Source of the DNA: Polyangiaceae bacterium
Lineage (GTDB): Bacteria; Myxococcota_A; Polyangia; Polyangiales; Polyangiaceae
NCBI GenBank assembly: GCA_044376115.1
Contig: JBILLK010000013.1
Coordinates: 64,001-128,000, forward strand
DNA: 64,000 nucleotides
Reading direction: 5' to 3'
Shown: positions 19,240-29,490 of the stretch, one piece after another
Layout of the letters: every line of letters starts with the position of its first letter
How positions within the stretch are numbered: position 1 is the first letter of the stretch
Notes under the pieces: generated by a model
Seen by the model: only the letters and a program-made list of their open reading frames with translations
The model's database searches: none
What the model was told of the DNA's origin: nothing
Position numbers and translations under genes: made by a program

Positions 19240-19892
19240 TCATTCCGTCGAAGTGTTAACTCGCGCATGTCGATCGCGTCGGTTCTGAAGCCAGCGTAGC
19301 TTCTGCGGGTAGTCCTTCTGCTGGAACTCCGGCGGTCCTGTGTCGCCAGGCACCGCCGCGAAGGCATCGAGCCCGAACTGGTCGTAGGCGATCAATCCTT
19401 GCAGCTCGTAGTGCGCCAAGTCGTACAGCTTCCTGACGTTCATCAAGAAGCCGCGTTGGTCCCCCGATGCAAAGAGATCGCGCAACCACTCGCGCGCGCA
19501 GTCAATTGCCACCCGTGCCTGCATTAGCGCCTCGTCGCGCTGGTAGATCTTCAACGCGGTGTTGTGGATCCTGCTCGTTGACTCATGAAGTCGAGCTGAT
19601 GTTCTTCGCCAGCGTGATCGAAGATCACATAGCCGGCGCTATTGGTCGCGTCGTCGAGTGTCGGCAGGAAGGCTTTCCCATCGAGTGCCCGTGCTGCGGT
19701 TTCAACGTCGACGGCCGCCCCAAGGAAATCCACGTCCTTGCTCGTTGGGACAATGCCCCCTGGAAGCTCGATGCGCGAGGCGTAGTAGTTCGCCCAGAAG
19801 GCCACCGCTTGCCCACCGATTAGGACGAGGCGTTGTGGGAGTTCTCCCAGGCGCTGAAGCAGCGCTTCTGTGTCCTGGTACGAGAATCTCAC
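19240..19892 (-). pseudogene. Pol-beta-superfamily nucleotidyltransferase, split by deletion/frameshift near 19575
   Basis: LVLIGGQAVAFW...TSKDVDF; resumes in another frame as SRIHNTALKIY. Confidence 0.75.
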
Positions 19893-20077
19893 CAGGAGCG
19901 CTTGGCGCCGCGGATATCCACGACGACGCCGGGAAACGCAAACTTGGCATTCTCAGCGTTCAGCTGCTGGACCGACTTCTCGCCGCTCTCGAGCGCACGT
20001 CGATCCTCGTCACGAGAAGCCTGCTTCTCGTGCGCGCGACGTTCCGAAAGGTTCTCGATGAGATTGGGCGAACGCAT
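19889..20077 (-). CDS. Small protein translationally coupled to the nucleotidyltransferase (putative antitoxin)
   Basis: 62 aa; AAGGAGA upstream; GTGA stop/start overlap with the NTase. Confidence 0.6.
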   Translation of the reverse strand: MRSPNLIENLSERRAHEKQASRDEDRRALESGEKSVQQLNAENAKFAFPGVVVDIRGAKRSW

Positions 20078-20302
20078 AATCTCTAGCTCTCCTTAAAACT
20101 ATTCTCGGGAGGAGAACGGCGCAAGGGTGGGAATTGTAAGAAGCTCCTACGAACCACGAAGATGGAAAGTAGCAGAGTCCCGCCGCACAGGGAGACGCAG
20201 GACTTGGGCCGAGGGCCCCTCGTTCGTCCGCGCCGTCGCCGCCCCCGGCAGAGCTCGCCTTCCCGGAGCTGCTCGGCTCCTCGGCCGTTGCCCCGGCGCC
20301 TG

Positions 20303-20590
20303 CGCGCCCTTTGTGCCGGAGATAGTTTATCTCCGACGCAAAGGGCCGGTCCGCACGCGCCTGCGCGCTTCACCTTCGATGGACGCAGCTACCGTAATCG
20401 ACTCCTTACCCACATATTGGCCCATACGGCGAGCGCTACGCGGGCCGGCCGGCGCTGCTGCCGCGAGCAACGCGCCCATTCGACCTGAGATGGAATATCT
20501 AAGGCACAATGGGCGGACCCGCCGCTCGCGTGCGGTCGCCTCGCCGGCAGCGACTGCTCGCCATCGCGGTGCAGTCAGACCCGCGGTGGG
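20303..20590. repeat. Repeat family B doublet with flank
   Basis: Hairpins at ~20303 and ~20472; flank gcagcgactgctcgccatc..ggtgcagtc shared with ~16907. Confidence 0.9.
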
Positions 20591-20604
20591 CCGCCGATGA
20601 CCCG

Positions 20605-22346
20605 ATGAGCACCATCACGACGCTAGAAGCCGATCTCGCTGCCCTGGACGCCTTCCTGTCCGACGAGGACGCACACGGTCCGCACGAGTTGGCGGACTTC
20701 GTGGAGCAGCGGCTGCGTCTCGACAACGCGCTTGCGCTGGCCGCGCGGCTTCCACGGCCACTGGCTGAGATGTTCCCGAATGCGACGCCGCTGGGCGAGT
20801 GGGCTCGCCCGGCGGGCTCGAGCTACGACGTGCGGCCTACGCCGCCGGAGGAGGAACGCGCGTTTCAATGGTCCTTCCGCTATCCCGCGGCGGTCGTCGC
20901 GACGCTCGAGCGCGGGCGTCGACCTCCCGTGGGCTGGGTACCCGGGAACTAGTCCAAGCGGCGAACAGCAGCGAGCCGTGGGATCGGATCTGGGCTCTCT
21001 CGGAGGTCGTGAGACTGGGTCTGCCGCTGCCTGACGACACCGAGCGGGCGCTCGCTCCGCTCGCCGACGAGGACGCCGACGTGCGGTGGTGGGCGTGGCT
21101 CACGGCCGTGCGCTGGGCCGAGGTCGAGCCGGAGCGGCAGGCGCTGCGCGAGGCGGTCGCGAAGCGGGCTCCCGAGGCCGACCCGTTGGCTGCTCCCATC
21201 GCGGCGTGGGCGGCGATGTTGATGAACTGCGCGACCGGCCTCACGCCGGCGCTCGCGCGCAGCCTCGCGAGACCACCCACCGAGATCGGGGACGCGCTGT
21301 CGCTCGTCAGTCGGCTCGGCGCGCAGCTCGAAGACTTGTCGCAGCTCCTCGAACCGCTCATCGATGGCCCAGACGAGGCCATCGCGTGCAGCGCCGTGTA
21401 CGCGCTGATGCAGAACACGCCCCACCGCTGGCGTCGCGTTTGGGCGCTCACCTCGGAGACGCAGCTTCATACGTCGCCAGAACGAAGGCCCCATGGCCCT
21501 CCGCACACGTGGACGGACCCCACCGCTCGCGCGACCTCCGCAAGGTTCGCCCTGGGCGGCGCCGCTGAGCGTCTTGGTGCGGACGCGGCAGCCACCTTCG
21601 TCGAGCACACGGACCAATGGTGGGTCATCCCCATTATCACCGGACTTGGCCCGCACGCCCGCGCGGCTGCGCCCGCATTGGTGGCGAAGCTCGAGGCGGC
21701 CATGGGGACGCAGTATCCACAAGTCCGTGAGCTCGTCGCAGCACTCGGCGCGGTGGGCGGGCCGATTGCATGGCAGGCGCTCGAACGACTCGCGGCGACA
21801 CACGAACGCATCGCCGTTCACCTCGGCGGGCTTGGCAGAAGCGCCGCATCCGTGATCGGCCGGCTGCTCGCAGCACCGCTCGCACCTGAAGTGCACGAAG
21901 CCCTGCTCGATGGGCTCGGCGCAATGCAGGTCCCCGAGCCGAGTTTGGCGCCCGCGGTCCTTCCCTTCTTGGAGTCTCCCAACTTGGACCTCCGCCTCTT
22001 CGCCATCTACGCCGCCGGAGCCTTCGAACTCGACGACACAACCGCCGTGCGACTGGCCTCGACCTTCGCAGCGTGCGCCGCCGAAGTCCCCCCGTTTCGC
22101 AGGCCGCTTCAATACGCCGCTCATAGCATGACCCCCACCTGGGCCTCACGCATCGACCACGAAAGCGACATCATCGCCGTCCGCTGCATCGAAGCCCTCG
22201 GCTGGACACGCCAATACGGCGAGGACCACCTCCCCGCCCTGCGAGCCATCGCCGCCCGCGCCCCAACAAGCCTCCGCGGGCGCTATGCGCTAGAGGCCGC
22301 TGAGCGCATTAGCGACCCAGAGCCGATGTTTGGGCGGGATAGGTGA
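20605..22346 (+). pseudogene. HEAT-repeat-like helical protein, frameshifted near 20940 (or sequencing error)
   Basis: Two overlapping ORFs (20605-20952 and the tail of 20799-22346); repeats such as LAPLADEDADVRWWA and LPFLESPNLDLRLFAIYA. Confidence 0.6.
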
Positions 22347-22389
22347 GTAGTGTAACGTACTGGCTAAGCCCGCGAACACAGAAAGCAGA

Positions 22390-22710
22390 GGACATGGTTG
22401 TGTGATGCGGCCCGTAAGCTTCGGGTGCGCGGTTCCGCTGAACTTTACAAACTCGTCGAACTCACTCTTCGCGATCTGAATACAGAATCCGAAGGCCCAC
22501 GTATCCGTGCGGTTCTTGATGGGCATGGGTGCCCAGCCGCGAACAAAGTAGGCGTCTCCAACCACCGCCGCATCTTGGTTGTCGCCGTTCTAGCTCGCGG
22601 GCCTCCTGCGCGGAGATTGATATATTTGTAGGGGTCTGTACCGGTTTGTTCGCGTTGCTCAAGGGGACCTTCGTACTCGCCTGCAGTGCAGGAGAAGCAC
22701 CCGAATACCA
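22390..22710 (-). pseudogene. Decayed DUF2199-like gene
   Basis: Fragments FSCTAG..GPL...DPY and YFVRGWAPMPI...WAFG..IQI...F lie in different frames. Confidence 0.5.
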
Positions 22711-23263
22711 CCCACGCGGCTCGTCGCAACAGCACGGTAGTGAGACACGCGACGTCCCAACTTCGACGGCGGCCTCTGCGCCGATGGGTGCTTGCATCGC
22801 GAAGGACGGCACAAGATTCCCAACCCGCGGCGACGCATAGTTGCGACGGACGGCGGCGGGGAGATGGGGGGTTTAAAGCAGCGGGCGCATAGGTTATTGA
22901 GCACGGAATCGATCGCGCGGCGCCCCCGACGAGCTCGCCGTAGCTGCCCGAACTGCAGACCCGCTGCGAGCTTTCACATTCCCAGCCGGCGTCCAGGCCC
23001 TCGGCGAGAACAAGGGAGGACAAACCCTCGCCTTCAAAGTCCACTCACCGATGGCCGAGAGGCACCCTTCGAGGACGGAGACATGCCCCCCAAACGCCCT
23101 AAAGTGACGCACAATCGGCTTACCGCCGCATCCGGCGCGGCGCGGCGCGGAGGGACGCGGACGTGCCAATGCCACATGCCACCTTACACAGCCGCGCTCC
23201 ATACTAACCGACGCAACGCAAGCCTCCCCGCCGGGTTACGCAGACCGATCTCGCTGTCCACCG

Positions 23264-24468
23264 TTGCATTCGACAGTCCAGGACAATAGTCGTTGGGCGG
23301 ACCCAGAATTCGTCACGCGTTACGCCATGCCCCTCAGCGAACATACCAAAGTAGTCCTCGACGGATTGATTCGCCCGAACGAGGGTGCTCTCTCGGTGGA
23401 GGCGCGCAGGTTCGATGCCGTCCCAATGGGCCCTAAGGAGCTGATTGAAGACCTGGCCGCCCACTGGGTTCGATACATCGAGTGTCACAAGTGCGGATGG
23501 TTTTCACATTGCCAATATCCACAGCGATTTCCTGGTCAACCCCATCGCGCGCGGGATATTCAGTGCGGCGTCGCGCTTCGTGCGCTCACCAATTTTGTGC
23601 AGTCCTGGTGGAGCGCATTCGTGCAAATGGACGTTGCTCAGAAGCAACACTTCCTCGATGCACTTTTCTGGTGGACCGAATATGTGTCCGAGGCTGTCTT
23701 TTCCCTCGGCCGCATTTCCGACGTCGACCATCTCACATGGTGCGGCCCCGAGCTTGCCGCGCTTACAATGACGAGCCCAAACGTCTCAGACGATCGCTCG
23801 ATCAATTTTCGTTCCACATTGCGAGGACCGGCCAGCCTGTTCTTGAGGAAACCTTTGCGCTCGTTGAGGGTGAATCCGAGGCAGCGTTTCTCGAAACCCT
23901 GATTGAGCTGCGCTTCTTCGGCTCGCGAATTCTAGGCGTTGCCCCGTACCACGGAAAGGGCAACGCAAAGGCCTCCAGATTGCCCGCCGCAGACCTGCAA
24001 AGACGCGGGGTGCTAGCGGTCGTCCAGGTGGATGCGGACCGCTCTGCCCGTTCCTTCGACGACCTGAAGCAGCACCTTGCCGCCCACAGTGGTTCGATGT
24101 TCAAGTTCTCGAGTGATTTTGAGGGAGCATTTCCGGCCCCATTTCTTAGCGCGGCCCTCGAGGAGCTCGGTCACGCGGTGGATGTCACCTGGCTCACAGA
24201 GCAACTCGCATCCTCCCACCATGGTCCAATCGTTCGCGCCGTAGAACAGAAGCTCAATGTTTCAATCAGCAAGCCAGCGCTAGCTCGACAGCTTGCGTAC
24301 ATTACTCGAGCGCATTGGGCTTCATTCGCGCGCCGCCAGCCCCCATGCGAGATAGTTCTCTGGATCCGCCATCTGAACGACAGACCCGAGTGCCTGGGCA
24401 TCGCGACCCGAAGCTCCGCTCGCCCTCGAGACCTGAACGCCGACCAGGGCTTTCGCTGCGCGTGGTAG
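23264..24468 (+). CDS. Cys-cluster N-domain plus OLD-like TOPRIM domain; single frameshift near 23778
   Basis: CHKC..SHC..C; ALVEGESEAAFL, GKGN, VQVDAD, DFEGAFP; restoring one C in agcccaaa joins the two ORFs; visibly more AT-rich than the flanks. Confidence 0.55.
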
Positions 24469-24563
24469 CCGCGTCGCGGCTGGGTTGGCCCGCGGGACGA
24501 AGCGCCCTCCCCTCACCTCGGTGCCCGGGCTCAGAGCGAAATTGGGCTCCGACTCGTAAGCAA

Positions 24564-24905
24564 TTAGGGCGCGAACATCTCCTGGAGCAGAACGAGAACC
24601 TTCTCGAATGTTGATGGGGAGAGTCGACCAAGTCGCTTCGCAAGGCGTTCGCGATCGATCGTGCGAAGCTGATCGAGGACCACGAAGCCGCTCTTACCCT
24701 CGAACTTGCACGGGACGCGGAATGGATAGGCGTGCTCGGCAGACGTCAAAGGAGCGACGATCACGGTCCTGAGATGAAGATTGAGTTCGTCGGGAGAGAC
24801 GACGATGCAGGGACGGGTCTTCTTCATCTCCGAACCGCGAGTTGGATCGAGTGAGACGAGAAAGACATCACCACGGCGGGGAGCCGACGTCTTCACCACA
24901 CCCAT
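24564..24905 (-). CDS. mazF: MazF/PemK endoribonuclease toxin
   Basis: RGDVFLVSLDPTRGSEMKKTRPCIVVS...DQLRTIDRERL. Confidence 0.95.
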   Translation of the reverse strand: MGVVKTSAPRRGDVFLVSLDPTRGSEMKKTRPCIVVSPDELNLHLRTVIVAPLTSAEHAYPFRVPCKFEGKSGFVVLDQLRTIDRERLAKRLGRLSPSTFEKVLVLLQEMFAP

Positions 24906-25129
24906 TCGTCATCCTCGAATCGAGTGGGGGTCTCCGGATCTAGAAGGCCCTGGGTCATTCGCGCGGCGGCCGCAGCCCAGCCTGCGCGCGGAGCTCGAAC
25001 AGGGGCTATGACGATGGCGCCGTTTCGGACGTGAAGCTCAACCTCGTCGACGATCCCAGCCTCTTCAATGAGCGGCTTAGGTATGCGAACCCCACGAGAG
25101 TTGCCCATGCTGACCAAGCGTGCCTTCAC
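24893..25129 (-). CDS. mazE: MazE/AbrB-family antitoxin
   Basis: MGNSRGVRIPKPLIEE...FEDDEW; GTG start at 25129. Confidence 0.92.
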   Translation of the reverse strand: MKARLVSMGNSRGVRIPKPLIEEAGIVDEVELHVRNGAIVIAPVRAPRAGWAAAAARMTQGLLDPETPTRFEDDEWVW

Positions 25130-25130
25130 G

Positions 25131-25165
25131 GGAGGTACATTGTACCTCCGCAGCGTTCGCGTCAA
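25131..25165 (-). promoter_or_regulatory. mazEF promoter/operator
   Basis: Perfect palindrome GGAGGTACA-T-TGTACCTCC (25131-25149); minus-strand TTGACG-N15-TACAAT (spacing is short). Confidence 0.6.
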
Positions 25166-25212
25166 GCACCGTCTACCAAGCGGGCTTCCGCTGGGCTCGG
25201 TAACGAACCCGC

Positions 25213-25541
25213 CTCACCTCGGTTCCTAGCCTCGGTGCCCGGGCTCAGAGCGACATTGGGCGGGCCGATGGTTTATCGCAGGCCCCAATGTCGCTGGCCC
25301 CGGGCGGAGTTCGAGTTTCCCAGTCGCGATAGCGACGTAACCGCCTGGAGCTTCGCTAGCCCCCCTGGGTTACTTCGCCGAATTGGGCGGTTTACTCGCT
25401 AAACGGGAGGGTTACGGGAGGGTTGCCGCGGCCAGTGCGACAAATTTAGCCAATATCTAGGTAGCGACGCGCATCGAGGCTCATCGGATGCGACCTAACC
25501 GCCTGGAGCTAGCGCAGCTCCCCCGCCTTACTTCGCATTGG
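25213..25541. repeat. Composite block C-D-core-D
   Basis: C at 25248-25295; D at ~25331 and ~25489; core GCCAATATCTAGGTAGCG at 25449. Confidence 0.9.
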
Positions 25542-25757
25542 CACCTCTGGTTTGAAACCGTAGAGCTGGAGGAGAAGTTCTTGATCGAGCTGGCGCTCGT
25601 TTAGCTCGGGACGTCGTGTTCGAAGTCCCGCTCTCGCCAAGCTCCGCGTGAGTTCGCTCATTTCTACGGCCGTGCGAAACCGACCAGCGGCGCCAAGTCG
25701 CCGCTGCGCTTGGGTTTGGACGGATGCCGCTTCCGCGGTGGTGTCGAGCACAGGCAC
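25509..25757 (-). CDS. Small antitoxin-like protein, partner absent
   Basis: DTTAEA...Q...RRL...RFRTAVEMSE..R.LARAGLR.RRP...LYG; 3-prime end reads into a D hairpin. Confidence 0.55.
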   Translation of the reverse strand: MPVLDTTAEAASVQTQAQRRLGAAGRFRTAVEMSELTRSLARAGLRTRRPELNERQLDQELLLQLYGFKPEVPMRSKAGELR

Positions 25758-25886
25758 AACCGTGAACCTACCACGCGGACACCGCGCGTGCAGCATGCGG
25801 CACGGCCTTCGCGGCTTAGTAGCTTTGGCAGTGTCACCGGTATTGCGGAGTTAGGGGTTCTTGCAAAAGGCAGACGCTCGGGCTCA

Positions 25887-26211
25887 GAGCGACATTGAGC
25901 GGGCCGATGGTTTATCGCAGGCCCCAATGTCGCTCCTGCCGTTTGGTTTGCAGCGCTCGGCCACGAACGTGCGGCGATTTTCCGAGAGAATCGCAAAGGG
26001 TCCGCAGCCCTCGTCGGCCCGCACCGGTCGCCGCGGTCGCTGCACCGGTCGCCGCCAGGGCTCAGAGCGACATTGGGCGGGCCGATGGTTTATCGCAGGC
26101 CCCAATGTCGCTGGTCGCGGGCGCCCGGAGTTCGACTTTCCGAGGCGCGATAGCGACGCAACCGCCGGGAGCTAGCGCAGCTAGCGCAGCTCCCCCGCCT
26201 TACTTCGCATT
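25887..26211. repeat. Composite block C-C-D
   Basis: C at 25887 and 26065 (178-bp spacing); D at ~26151. Confidence 0.9.
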
Positions 26212-26355
26212 GAGCCGTTCGAGAGGACTGTTTGGCGAGCGCGGCAGCCAGTAGCCTTCGACCGGCTCGGTGTTGCGTAGTAAGTTCGTCTCTCGCGACG
26301 TTGCGCTTCCCTTGTCGTCCAGAATTCGGTACTGAACAAACGTATGGAGGTCTAG

Positions 26356-26562
26356 GTGGCGGCTCGCAAGCAGTTTGAATCAACTCTAACGGTGAGCCCG
26401 GAACTTCAACGCCTCCTCGACGAGGCCCGTGGCCGTGAGGTTTCTGAGCAAGAACTCCATGAGCAACGCATAAGCTTTGCCTTCGGGAACGCACCTGAAT
26501 CCGAGCTCATTACAAAGGACTCGGTCAGACTCACATCGCAAAGAATTCGCCTGCGAGGCTAG
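26356..26562 (+). CDS. Small protein upstream of fic (putative antitoxin)
   Basis: 68 aa; GGAGG RBS; EQRISFAFGNA motif. Confidence 0.65.
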   Translation: MAARKQFESTLTVSPELQRLLDEARGREVSEQELHEQRISFAFGNAPESELITKDSVRLTSQRIRLRG

Positions 26563-26577
26563 GTTCGGGAGCGGCTC

Positions 26578-27173
26578 ATGTCGGTGCGAGAGCAGGACGA
26601 TCCGCAGCTATACGCGCGTGTGCAGGAGCAGAACCTCCTCCGACAGTACGATCTGCTTACGAACTGCATCGAGATCGGCCTAGCGAAGGGGGTTGAAGCG
26701 TTCGATAAGTATACGCTTTGGGCTCTCAATGCGGCCGCAGTGTCCAACATCGCCCAATTCGGCGGACGCATCCGCGAGCACCCCATCTACGTTGGGAGTC
26801 ATATCCCGCCACATTTTCGCGACGTCCCCAATGTGACGGACCAGTTGCTTTCGGTCGTCCACGAGAACTGGGACGTCCTGAGTCACCCAACGCTTCTGCC
26901 TGCCTACGTACTGTGGCGCCTCAACTGGATCCATTCATCGAAGGCAATGGGCGAACCGCGCGAGCGGCCTGTTACTATCTTATGTGCCTACGGCACGGCG
27001 CATTGCTTCCCGGCACGAAGATAGTGCCTGAGCGTATCCGAGCTAACCGTGCGCCATACTACGTCGCACTGCGAGCCGCCGACCGACACTGGGAGGCTGG
27101 TCGCTTCAATGTGGACGAGCTCGCCCAGTACCTAGCCACTCTGCTGGAGGATCAGTTAGCGAATCGTCCTTAG
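26578..27173 (+). pseudogene. Fic-domain protein frameshifted in its catalytic motif
   Basis: WRLNWIH and PFIEGNGRTAR are in different frames at ~26930. Confidence 0.85.
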
Positions 27174-27223
27174 TGGTTTAGCTGACAGTTGGCGCGTCGC
27201 TGCTGGGTCGCCCGCGGGCCGAA

Positions 27224-27960
27224 GCGCCCTCCCCTCACCTCGGTGCCCGGGCTCATTGGCGGTGCTCGGAGCGACATTCGGCGGGCCGATGGTTTATCGC
27301 AGGCCCCAATGTCGCTCCTGCCGTTCGGTTTGCAGCGCTGGGCCACGAACGTGCCGCGATTTTCCGAGGGAATCGCAAAGGGGCCGCAGCCCTCGTCGGC
27401 CCGCACCGGTCGCCGCGGTCGCTGCACCGGTCGCCGCCGCGGCTCGGAGCGACATTGAGCGGGCCGATGGTTTATCGCAGGCCCCAATGTCGCTGGGCGC
27501 GGCGGAGTTCGACTTTCGCATGCGGATAGCGACGTAACCGCCGGGAGCTGCGCTAGCCCCCCTGGGTTACTTCGCTCAATTGGACGGTTTACTCGCTAAA
27601 CAGGAGGGTTACGGGAGGGTTGCCGCGGCCAGGGCAACCAATTTGGCCAATATCTAGGTAGCGACGCGCATCGAGCCTCATCGGATGCGACGTAACCGCC
27701 GGGAGCTAGCGCAGCTCCCCCGCCTTACGGCGCATTGGAGCGCATCGAGCCTCATCGGATGCGACGTAACCGCCTGGAGCTAGCGCAGCTCCCCCGCCTT
27801 ACTTCGCATTGGAGCGCATCGGGCCTCATCGGATGCGGCGTAACCGCCGGGAGCTAGCGCAGCTCCCCCGCCTTACTTCGCATTGGAGCGCATCGAGCCT
27901 CATCGGATGCGACGTAACCGCCGGGAGCTAGCGCAGCTCCCCCGCCTTACTTCGCATTGG
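27224..27960. repeat. Composite block C-C-D-core-D with the terminal unit expanded x4 (74-bp period)
   Basis: C at 27269 and 27447; core at 27646; units at 27667, 27741, 27815, 27889. Confidence 0.92.
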
Positions 27961-28044
27961 TCGCAATCGACCACGCGGCGTTCCCTGGCCGCTGCGCCCA
28001 AGAGGCAGACGGCCCTGCGCACAGACCACCCGGGCGCGGGCCGG

Positions 28045-28115
28045 ACACCGCGTCTCGATCTCCGCCGGGAGCGCAGCCTGCGCCGATGCGTCGTTGGAGG
28101 ACTCGAGCGACTGTG
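28045..28115 (-). pseudogene. 3-prime remnant of the TPR-like gene at 41176-41784
   Basis: Encodes QSLESSNDASAQAALPAEIET versus QALESSNDAAEQAALRTEIET. Confidence 0.8.
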
Positions 28116-28155
28116 CATCCAGTGCACCTGCCTGCGAGGTGGGCAACGACGATGG

Positions 28156-28548
28156 TCAGTTGACGAGTGTCCGGTACCCGCTGCCGACGGCGAGCCGCTC
28201 GTCCGCAGTAACGAGCGTGAGATCGAGGATGCTCGCCGTCGCCGCTAGGAAGCGGTCCGCCGGATCAGGATGGGATAGCCCGATCCGTCGACTCTCAATG
28301 GCTATTGCGTACGTCAGCGGAGCTTCACGAAGGGGGGCCTCTGACAGGGCGCGTTCGACCCACGAGCGTGCGTCCCCCTTGACCCGAACACGCTTGGCTT
28401 CGATGAGCATGAGGGTCTCCCACACTGAGATAGGTGAAAGCCACAGCTCGTTCTTGGTCGATCGAATCGCGCGTTCGACGCGAGGCGATAACCGCTTCGG
28501 ATCGACCAGACTCCAAATCCATATGTGGGTATCGAGGAGCAGGTTCAC
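28156..28548 (-). CDS. vapC: VapC PIN-domain toxin
   Basis: LLLDTHIWIW, SPISVWE, HPDPADRFLAATA, LVTAD. Confidence 0.93.
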   Translation of the reverse strand: MNLLLDTHIWIWSLVDPKRLSPRVERAIRSTKNELWLSPISVWETLMLIEAKRVRVKGDARSWVERALSEAPLREAPLTYAIAIESRRIGLSHPDPADRFLAATASILDLTLVTADERLAVGSGYRTLVN

Positions 28549-28802
28549 TTGGGCACGGCTTCCCACTCGACTCCGACCGGGTCCACGAGATCGCCCGTGA
28601 TCGTTGCGCTGGACGCGTAGCATCCGAGCCAGTCGCGGGTCGCCTCTGTCGCCGAAGGCGCCACGATGTCTGCCACAGGGCGGCCGAATCGCGTGATGCG
28701 CAACGGGCGACCTGTCTTGCGTACTCGCTCGAGCGCCGCCAAACACGTGGCCTTGAACTTCGAAATCGGCGGTTTCACCAAGGCAATCCGTACCATGGCC
28801 AA
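28545..28802 (-). CDS. Phd/YefM-family antitoxin
   Basis: ISKFKATCLAALERV..TG.PL.ITRFGRPVA; GTGA overlap with vapC. Confidence 0.9.
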   Translation of the reverse strand: MAMVRIALVKPPISKFKATCLAALERVRKTGRPLRITRFGRPVADIVAPSATEATRDWLGCYASSATITGDLVDPVGVEWEAVPK

Positions 28803-28876
28803 AGACCATGCTCAACGCAGGGAGCTCGCAAAGGGGCCGCGGCCCTCGTCGTCGGGCACGTCGCCACCGCTGCTCG

Positions 28877-29423
28877 GAGCGACATTGGGGGGGGCCGATG
28901 GTTTATCGCAGGCCCCAATGTCGCTGCCTACCTTCCGTAAGCAGCGCTCGGCTACGAACGTGCCGCGATTTTCCGAGGGAATCGCAAAGGGGCCGCGGCC
29001 CGCGTCGGCCCGCACCGGTCGCCGCGGTCGCTGCACCGGTCGCCGCCGCTGCTCGGAGCGACATTCGGCGGGACGATGGTTTATCGCAGGCCCCAATGTC
29101 GCTGGGCGCGGGCGGAGTTCGACTTTCCCAGGCGCGCAAGCGACGTAACCGCCAGGAGCTGCGCTAGCCCCCCTTGGTTACTTCGCTAAATTGGGCGGTT
29201 TACTCGCTAAACGGGACGGTTACGGCAGGGGTGCCGCGGCCAGGGCGGTAAATTTAGCCAATATCTAGGTAGCGACGCGCATCGAGCCTCATCGGATGCG
29301 ACGTAACCGCCTGGAGCTAGCGCAGCTCACCCGCCTTACTTCGCATTGGCGCGCATCGGGCCTCATCGGACGCGATGTAACCGCCTGGAGCTGCGCTAGC
29401 CCCCCCGCCTTACTTCGCATTGG
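28877..29423. repeat. Composite block C-C-D-core-D-D
   Basis: C at 28877 and 29056; core at 29257. Confidence 0.9.
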
Positions 29424-29490
29424 TCGCAATCGGCCGCGCGGCGCCCCCGCGCACGCGCCCGCGCGCACGCGGCGTCCCCGGGTCTTCGCC

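Noticed and set aside
20930..23790. Programmed frameshifting at ~20940 and ~23778
   Set aside because: No slippery heptamer is evident; small indels in short homopolymers could equally be sequencing errors.
25664..29167. Short ORFs with recurring peptides (LGPAINHRPAQCRSE, PEIVYLR, GPRIGRFVE)
   Set aside because: These are translations of repeat families A-C, not genes.
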